Shown here piece after piece: positions 55,906 through 64,000 of a stretch of 64,000 nt of DNA (positions are counted from its first letter, which is position 1; every line of letters starts with the position of its first letter). The stretch lies in NCBI RefSeq assembly GCF_009914755.1, contig NC_060933.1, one strand, 5' to 3'. The position numbers and the translations under genes are program-made. The notes under the pieces were generated by a model. It saw only the letters and a list, made by a program, of their open reading frames with translations. It was not told the DNA's origin and made no database searches. Source of the stretch: the human T2T-CHM13v2.0 reference genome, Homo sapiens.

Positions 55906-58900
55906 TCCATTCCATTCCATTACATTCGGATTGATTCTATTCAACTCCCTTACTCTCCATTACATTCCATTCCTTTCGGGTTGTTCCATTCCATTCCATT
56001 CCATTCCACTCCATTCCATTGCACTCGGGTTGATTCCATTCCATTCCATTCCATTCCATTCCATTCCATTCCGGAAGATTCCATTCCATTGCATTCCATT
56101 CCATTCCATTCCCCTGCACTCGCGTTGATTCCATTCCATTCCATTCCATTCCATTCCATTCCCTTCCTTTCCGTTCCATTCCATTCCATTCCATTCCATT
56201 CCGTTCCGTTCCATTCCATTCCATTCCATTCTATTCGGGTTAATTCCATTCCATTCCATTCCATTCCATTCCATTCCATTCCATTCCATTCCATTCCTTT
56301 CCGTTCCATTCCATTCCATTCCATTCCATTCCATTCCGTTCCGTTCCATTCCATTCCATTCCATTCTATTCGGGTTAATTCCATTCCATTCCATTCGATT
56401 GCAATCGAGTTGATTCCATTTCATTCCATTCCATTCCATTCCATTCCATTCCATTCCATTCCGTTCCGTTCCATTCCATTCCATTCCATTCCATTCTATT
56501 CGGGTTAATTCCATTCCATTCCATTCGATTGCAATCGAGTTGATTCCATTCCATTCCATTCCATTCCATTCCATTCCATTCCTTTCCATTCCATTACAGA
56601 TGATTCCATTCCATTGCATTCCATTCCATTCCATTCCCCTGTACTCGGGTTGATTCCATTCCATTCCATTCCAATCCATGCCATTCCACTCGTGTTGATT
56701 CCATTCTTTCCATTCCATTCAAGTTGAATCCATTCCATTGCATTCCATTCCATTCCATTCCCCTGCAGTCGGGTTGATTCCATTCCATTCCATTCCATTC
56801 CATTCCATTCCATTCCGTTCCGTTCCGTTCCGTTCCATTCCATTCCATTCCATTCTATTCGGGTTAATTCCATTCCATTCCATTCCATTCCATTCCATTC
56901 CAATCGAGTTTATTCCATTCCATTCCATTCCATTCCATTCCATTCCACTCCATTCCAGTCCTTTCCATTCCATTCCACTCGGGTTGATTCCAATGTATTC
57001 CTTTCCATTCCATTCCATTCCATTGCAATCGAGTTGATTCCATTGGTTTGCATTCCATTCCATTCCATTCCATTCCGGATGATTCCATTCCATTGCATTC
57101 CATTCCATTCCATTCCCCTGCACTCGGGTTGATTCCATTCCATTCCACTCCATTCCGTTCCATTCCATTCCATTCTATTGTATTCGGGTTAATTCCATTC
57201 CATTCCATTCCATTGCATTCCATTCCATTCCATTCCATTCCATTCCATTACAATAGAGTTGATTCCATTCCATTCCATTCCATTCCATTCCAGTCCTTTC
57301 CATTCCATTCCACTCGGGTTGATTCCATTCTATTAGTTTCCATTCCATTCCATTCCCTTCCATTCCACTCTGGTTGATTCCATTCCTTTCCATTCCAGTC
57401 GAATACATTCCCTCCTATTCCACTCGGAACGATTCCATTCCATTCCATTCCATTCCATTCCATTCCATTCCAGTTCGTTCCATTCCGTTCTATTCCGTAG
57501 CATTCCATTCCATTCCATTCCTTTCCATTCCATTCCTTTCCACTCGTGTTGATTCCATTCCTTTCCATTCCATTCGGTTTGAAGGCATTCCATTCCATTC
57601 AATTCCATTCCATTCCATTCCATTCCATTCCATTCTATTCCATTCCATTGCAATCGAGTTGAATCCATTGCCTTTCATTCCATTCCATTCCATTCCATTC
57701 CGGAAGATTCCATTCCATTGCATTCCATTCCATTCCATTCCCCTGCACTCGCGTTGATTCCATTCCATTCCATTCCATTCCATTCCGTTCCGTTCCATTC
57801 CATTCCATTCCATTCCATTCCATTCCGTTCCGTTCCATTCCATTCCATTCCATTCTATTCGGGTTAATTCCATTCTATTCCATTCGATTGCCATCGAGTT
57901 GATTCCATTCCATTCCATTCCATTCCATTCCATTCCATTCCTTTCCATTCCATTACGGATGACTCCATTCCATTGCATTCCATTCCATTCCATTCCCCTG
58001 TACTCGGGTTGATTCCATTCCATTCCATTCCACTCCATTCGGTTCCGTTGCATTCCATTCTATTGCATTCCATCTATTCGGGTTAATTCCATTCCATTCT
58101 ATTCCATTCAATTCCATTCCATTCCATTCCATTCCATTCCATTCCATTGCAATGGAGTTGATTCCATTCCATTCCATTCCATTCCGGATGATTCCATTGC
58201 ATTTCATTCCATTCCATTCCATTCCCCTGCACTCGTGTTGATTCCATTCCCTTCCATTCCATTCCATTCCGTTCCATTCCATTCCATTCCATTCTATTTC
58301 GTTTAATTCCATTCCATTCCATTCCATTCCATTCCATTCCATTGCAATCGAGTTGATTCCATTCCATTCCTTTCCATTACATTCCATTGCCTTGCATTCC
58401 ACTCGGGTTGATTCCATTCCCTTCTTTCCACTCCTTTACTTTCCCTTCCATGATTGATTCCATTCCATTCCATTCCATTGCATTCCATTGCAATCCATTC
58501 CAATCCATTCCATTCCATTCTATTCCACTCGAGTTGACTTTATTCCATTCCTTTCCATTCCATTCCATTCCTTTCCACTCGAGTTGATTCCATTCCATTC
58601 CAATCCATTGCATTCCATTCCATGCCATTCCACTCGGGTTGATTCCATTCCTTTGCATTCCATTCCATTCCATTCCATTCCATTCCATTCCATTCCGTTG
58701 CATTCCATTCCATTACATTCGCATTGATTCTATTCAACTCCCTTACTCTCCATTACATTCCATTCCATTCGGGTTGTTCCATTCCATTCCATTCCATTCC
58801 ACTCCATTCCATTGCACTCGGGTTGATTCCATTCCATTCCATTCCATTCCATTCCTTTCCGGATGATTCCATTCCATTGCATTCCGTTCCATTACATTCC

Positions 58901-61900
58901 CCTGCACTCGCGTTGATTCCATTCCATTCCATTCCTTTCCATTCAATTCCATTCCATTACAATTCGTTCCATTCCATTCTATTCCGTACCATTCCATTCC
59001 ATTCCATACCATTCCATTCCATTCCATTCCATTCCATTCCATTCCATTCCGTTCCATTCCGTTCCATTCCAATCCATTCCATTCTATTCGGGTTAATCCC
59101 ATTCCATTCCATTCCATTCCATTCTATTCCATTCCATTGCAATCGAGTTGAATCCATTGCATTTCATTCCATTCCATTCCATTCCATTCCATTCCGGAAG
59201 ATTCCATTCCATTGCATTCCATTCCATGCCATTCCCCTGCACTCGCTTTGATTCCATTCCATTCCATTCCATTCCATTCCATTCCATTCCGTTCCGTTCT
59301 ATTCCATTCCATTCCATTCTATTCGGGTTAATTCCATTCCATTCCATTCGATTGCAATCGTGTTGATTCCATTCCATTGCATTCCATTCCATTCCATTCC
59401 ATTCCATTCCATTCCTTTCCATTCCATTACGGATGATTCCATTCCATTGCATTCCATTCCATTCCATTCCCCTGTACTCGGGTTGATTCCATTCCATTGC
59501 ATTCCAATCCATGCCCTTCCACTCGTGTTGATTCCATTCTTTCCATTCCATTCAAGTTGAATCCATTCCATTGCATTCCATTCCATTCGATTCCATTCGA
59601 TTGCACTCGGGTTGATTCCATTCTATTGCATTCCATTCCATTCCATTCCATTCCATTCCATTCCATTCCGTTCCATTCCATTCCATCACATTCGGATTGA
59701 TTCTATTCAATTCCCTTACACTCCATTACATTTCGTTCCATTCGGGTAGTTTCCATTCCATTCCATTCCATTCCTCTCCATTCCATTGCACTCGGGTTGA
59801 TTGCATTCCATTGCATTCCATTCCATTCCATTCAATTCCATTCCATTCCATTCCATTTCATTCTATTCCATTGTACTCGGGTTGATTCCATTCCATTGCA
59901 TTCCATTCCATTCCATTACGTTCCATTCCATTCCATTACTTTCGGGTTGATTCTATTCAACTCCCTTACTCTCCATTCCATTCCATTCCATTCCTGTTGT
60001 TCCATTCCATTCCATTCCATTCCACTCCATTCCATTGCACTGGGGTTGATTCCATTCCATTTCATTCCATTCCATTCAATTCCGGATGATTCCATTCCAT
60101 TGCATTCCGATCCATTTCATTCCCCTGCACTCGGGTTGATTCCATTCCATTCCATTCCATTCCATACCATTCCATTCGATTCCATTCCATTCCAATTCTT
60201 TCCATTCCATTCAATTCCGTACCATACCATTCCATTCCATACAATTCCATTCCATTCCATTCCATTCCATTCCATTCCATTCCGTTCCGTTCCATTCCAT
60301 TCCATTCCATTCTATTCCATTCCATTCCATTCCATTCTGTTCCGTTCCATTCCTTTCCATTCCATTCTATTCCATTCTATTCCATTCCATTGCAATCGAG
60401 TTGAATCTATTGCATTCCATTCCATTCCATTCCGGAAGACTACATTCCATTGCATTCCATTCCATTCCATTCCCCTGCACTCGCGTTGATTCCATTCCAT
60501 TCCATTCCATTCCATTCCATTCCATTCCATTCCATTCCATTCCTTTCCTTTCCATTCCATTGCATTCCATTCCATTCCGTTCCATTCCATTCCGTTCCGT
60601 TCCATTCCTTTCCATTCCATTCTATTCGGGTTAATTCCATTCCATTCCATTCGATTGCAATCGAGTTGATTCCATTCCATTCCATTCAATTCCATTCCAT
60701 TCCATTCCATTCCATTCCTTTCCATTCCATTACGGATGATTCAATTCCATTGCATTCCATTCCATTCCATTCCCTTGTACTCGGGTTGATTCCATTCCAT
60801 TGCATTCCAATCCATGCCATTCCACTCGTGTTGATTCCATTCTTTCCATTCCATTCAAGTTGAATCCATTCCATTGCATTCCATTCCATTCGATTCCATT
60901 CGATTGCACTTGGGTTGATTCCATTCCATTGCATTCCATTCCATTCCATTCCATTGCATTCCATTCCATTCCGTTACATTCCATTTCATTACATTCAGTT
61001 TGATTCTTTTCAATTCCCTTACACTCCATTATATTCCAATCCATTCTGGTTGTTTCCATTCCATTCCATTCCATTTCACTCCATTCCATTGCACTCGGGT
61101 TGATTCCATTCCATTCCATTCCATTGCATTCCATTATATTCCATTCCGGATGATTCCATTCCATTGCATTCCATTCCATTACATTCCCCTGCACTTGGGT
61201 TGATTCCATTCCATTCCATTACATTACATTCCGTTCCATTCCATTCCATTCCATTCGGATTGATTCTATTCAATTCCCTTACACTCGATTACATTCCATT
61301 CCATTCGGGTAGTTTCCATTCCATTCCATTCCATTCCTCTCCATTCCATTGCACTCGGGTGGATTCCATTCCATTCCATTCCATTCCATTCCATTCCATT
61401 CCATTCCATTGTACTCGGGTTGATTCCATTCCATTGCATTCCATTCCTTTCCATTCCATTCCATTCCATTCCATTACATTCCGCTCCATTCCATTACATT
61501 CGGATTGATTCTATTCAACTCCCTTACTCTCCATTACATTCCATTCCATTCGGGTTGTTCAATTCCATTCCATTCCATTCCACTCCATTCCATTGCACTC
61601 GGGTTGATTCCATTCCATTCCATTCCATTCCATTCCATTCCATTCCATTCCATTCCATTCCGGATGATTGCAATCCATTGCATTCCGTTTCATTACATTC
61701 CCCTGCACTCGGGTTGATTCCATTCCATTCCATTCGATTCCATTCCATTCCAATTCTTTCCATTCCATTCTATTCCGTACCATTCCATTCCATTGCATTC
61801 CATTCCATTCCATTCAATTCCATTCCGTTCCATTCCATTCGATTACATTCGGGTTGATTCTATTCAACTCCCTTACTCTCCATTACATTCCATTCCATTC

Positions 61901-63800
61901 CTGTTGTTCCATTCCATTCCACTCCATTCCATTGCACTGGGGTTGATTCCATTCCATTCCATTCCATTCCATTCAATTCTGGATGATTCCATTCCATTGC
62001 ATTCTGATCCATTACATTCCCCTGCACTCGGGTTGATTCCATTCCATTCCATTCCATTCCATACCATTCCATTCGATTGCATTCCATTCCAATTCTTTCC
62101 ATTCCATTCAATTCCGTACCATTCCATTCCATTCCATACAATTCCATTCCATTCCATTCCATTCCATTCCGTTCCGTTCCGTTCCGTTCCATTCCATTCC
62201 ATACCATTCTATTCCATTCCATTCCATTCCATTCCGTTCCGTTCCATTCCTTTCCATTCCATCCTATTCCATTCTATTCCATTCCATTGCAATCGAGTTG
62301 AATCCATTGCATTCCATTCCATTCCATTCCATTCCATTCCATTCCGGAAGATTCCATTCCATTGCATTCCATTCCATTCCATTCCCCTGCACTCGCGCTG
62401 ATTCCATTCCATTCCATTCCATTCCATTCCATTCCATTCCTTTCCTTTCCATTCCATTCCATTCCATTCCATTCCATTCCGTTCCGTTCCATTCCTTTCC
62501 ATTCCTTTCCATTCCATTTTATTCGGGTTAATTCCATTCCATTCCATTCGATTGCAATCGAGTTGATTCCATTCCATTCCATTCCATTCCATTCCATTCC
62601 ATTCCATTCCATTCCTTTCCATTCCATTACGGATGATTCAATTCCATTGCATTCCATTCCATTCCATTCCCTTGTACTCGGGTTGATTCCATTCCATTGC
62701 ATTCCAATCCATGCCATTCCACTCGTGTTTATTCCATTCTTTCCATTCCATTCAAGTTGAATCCATTCCTTTGCAATCCATTCCATTCGATTCCATTCGA
62801 TTGCACTCGGGTTGATTCCATTCCATTGCATTCCATTCCATTCCATTCCATTCCATTCCTTTCCGTTCCGTTCCATTCCATTCCATTCCATTCCATTCCA
62901 TTCCGTTCCGTTCCATTCCATTCCATTCCATTCTATTCGGGTTAATTCCATTCCATTCCATTCGATTGCAATCGAGTTGATTCCATTCCATTCCATTCCA
63001 TTCCATTCCATTCCATTCCATTCCTTTCCATTCCATTACGGATGATTCCATTCCATTGCATTCCATTCCATTCCATTCCCCTGTACTCGGGTTGATTCCA
63101 TTCCATTCCATTCCAATCCATGCCATTCCACTCGTGTTCATTCCATTCTTTCCATTCCATTCAAGTTGAATCCATTCCATTGCATTCCATTCCATTCGAT
63201 TCCATTCGATTGCACTCGGGTTGATTCCACTGCATTGCATTCCATTCCATTCCATTCCATTCCATTCCATTCCATTCCGTTCCATTCCATTCCATTCCAT
63301 TACATTCGGATTGATTCTATTCAATTCCCTTACACTCCATTACATTCCATTCCATTCGGGTAGTTTCCATTCCATTCCATTCCATTCCTCTCCATTCCAT
63401 TGCACTCGGGTTGATTCCATACCATTGCATTCCATTCCATTCCATTCCATTCCATTCCATTCCTTTCCATTCCATTCCATTACATTCGGATTGATTCTAT
63501 TCAACTCCCTTACTCTCCATTACATTCCATTCCATTCGGGTTGTTCCATTCCATTCCATTCCATTCCACTCCATTCCATTGCACTCGGGTTGATTCCATT
63601 CCATTCCATTCCATTCCATTCCATTCCATTCCGGAAGATTCCATTCCATTGCATTCCATTCCATTCCATTCCCCTGCACTCGCGTTGATTCCATTCCATT
63701 CCATTCCATTCCATTCCATTCCCTTCCTTTCCGTTCCATTCCATTCCATTCCATTCCATTCCGTTCCGTTCCATTCCATTCCATTCCATTCTATTCGGGT
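55470..63800 (+). repeat. Dispersed duplicate ~55470-56250 vs ~63025-63800 (offset ~7.56 kb)
   Basis: ORF pairs 55611/63166 (7555) and 55937/63497 (7560). Shared GTGTTCATTCC (~55579/63134) and CCCTTCCTTTCCG (56161/63721). Confidence 0.75.
59920..62850 (+). repeat. Diverged duplication with ~1.9 kb offset (~59920-60950 vs ~61825-62850)
   Basis: Shared CCTGTTGTTCC (~59993/61900), CACTGGGGTTG (~60038/61935), CCATACAATTCC (~60237/62134), GATGATTCAATTCC (~60735/62632), CCCTTGTAC (~60772/62669). ORF pairs 60450/62362 and 60800/62697. Confidence 0.83.
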
Positions 63801-64000
63801 TAATTCCATTCCATTCCATTCGATTGCAATCGAGTTGATTCCATTCCATTCCATTCCATTCCATTCCATTCCATTCCATTCCTTTCCATTCCATTACGGA
63901 TGATTCCATTCCATTGCATTCCATTCCATTCCATTCCCCTTTACTCGGGTTGATTCCATCCCATTCCATTCCAATCCATGCCATTCCACTCGTGTTGATT

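Larger units (their letters stand above)
41610..59290 (+). repeat. Dispersed duplicated block ~41610-43930 vs ~56760-59290 (offset ~15.2-15.4 kb)
   Basis: Shared CCAGTTCGTTCC (~42296/57470), TTGCCTTTC (~42493/57668), GGATGACTCC (~42522/57957), TTCGGTTCCGTTGC (~42603/58038), GCAATGGAGTTG (~42695/58149), TTAATCCC (~43709/59093). ORF pair 42938/58387. Confidence 0.85.
1..64000 (+). repeat. Satellite III (HSat3) array, (CATTC)n/(GGAAT)n with interspersed ACTCGGGTTG-family spacers; pericentromeric or acrocentric-type heterochromatin
   Basis: Seen: ATTCC pentamer runs from base 1 to 64000 in one orientation, interrupted every few tens of bp by in-register decamers (ACTCGGGTTG, AATCGAGTTG, ATTCGGGTTA, ACTCGCGTTG, ACTCGTGTTG, ATTCGGATTG). 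Established: (ATTCC)n plus an A(C/T)TCGGGTTG decamer is the classical satellite 3 definition. Species, chromosome and subfamily cannot be fixed without a search. Confidence 0.98.

Noticed and set aside
128-63984. Hundreds of ORFs up to 432 aa (e.g. 10772-12070 -, 29900-31051 -, 31771-32907 +)
   Set aside because: A pure pentamer has no stop codon in any frame and translates to FHSIP or MEWNG repeats. The ORFs overlap in all six frames, paralogues differ by frameshifting 5-nt indels, and no domain-like sequence is present.
1-64000. CRISPR-like repeat/spacer alternation
   Set aside because: The spacers are a small recurring vocabulary of ~10-mers, the repeats vary in length, and there are no unique spacers, leader or cas genes.
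1-64000. Telomeric repeats, alpha satellite/CENP-B boxes, canonical G-quadruplex tracts
   Set aside because: I saw no TTAGGG arrays and no 171-bp AT-rich monomers. Runs of three or more G are isolated rather than clustered in fours.

Overview
The whole 64 kb window is one continuous array of classical satellite III DNA (human/hominoid HSat3). It reads (CATTC)n on the + strand and (GGAAT)n on the - strand, and is punctuated in register by Sat3-type ~10-nt spacers (ACTCGGGTTG, AATCGAGTTG, ATTCGGGTTA and relatives). I found no genes, RNA genes, transposon insertions, CRISPR arrays or inversions, and every ORF in the track is a translation artefact of the pentamer (FHSIP/MEWNG). I cannot support a novel protein-coding system here. 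The informative structure is non-coding. (1) There is no single higher-order repeat. The array is a patchwork of nested duplications with offsets of about 2.7, 6.7, 6.1-6.4, 9.2/11.2, 2.2, 3.8, 15.2-15.4, 1.9 and 7.6 kb, and most junctions I traced sit in pure pentamer runs. (2) A recurring module ATTCC-GGAAG-ATTCC is a perfect three-unit heat-shock element with a central CpG, and both deamination products of that CpG move it closer to the AGAAN consensus. (3) A rare module carries a small hairpin that is precisely deleted (12 nt) in two of its four copies. (4) Pentamer register slips are almost all -1. Coordinates and counts were read by eye and from ORF-track offsets, so boundaries are approximate (tens of bp).
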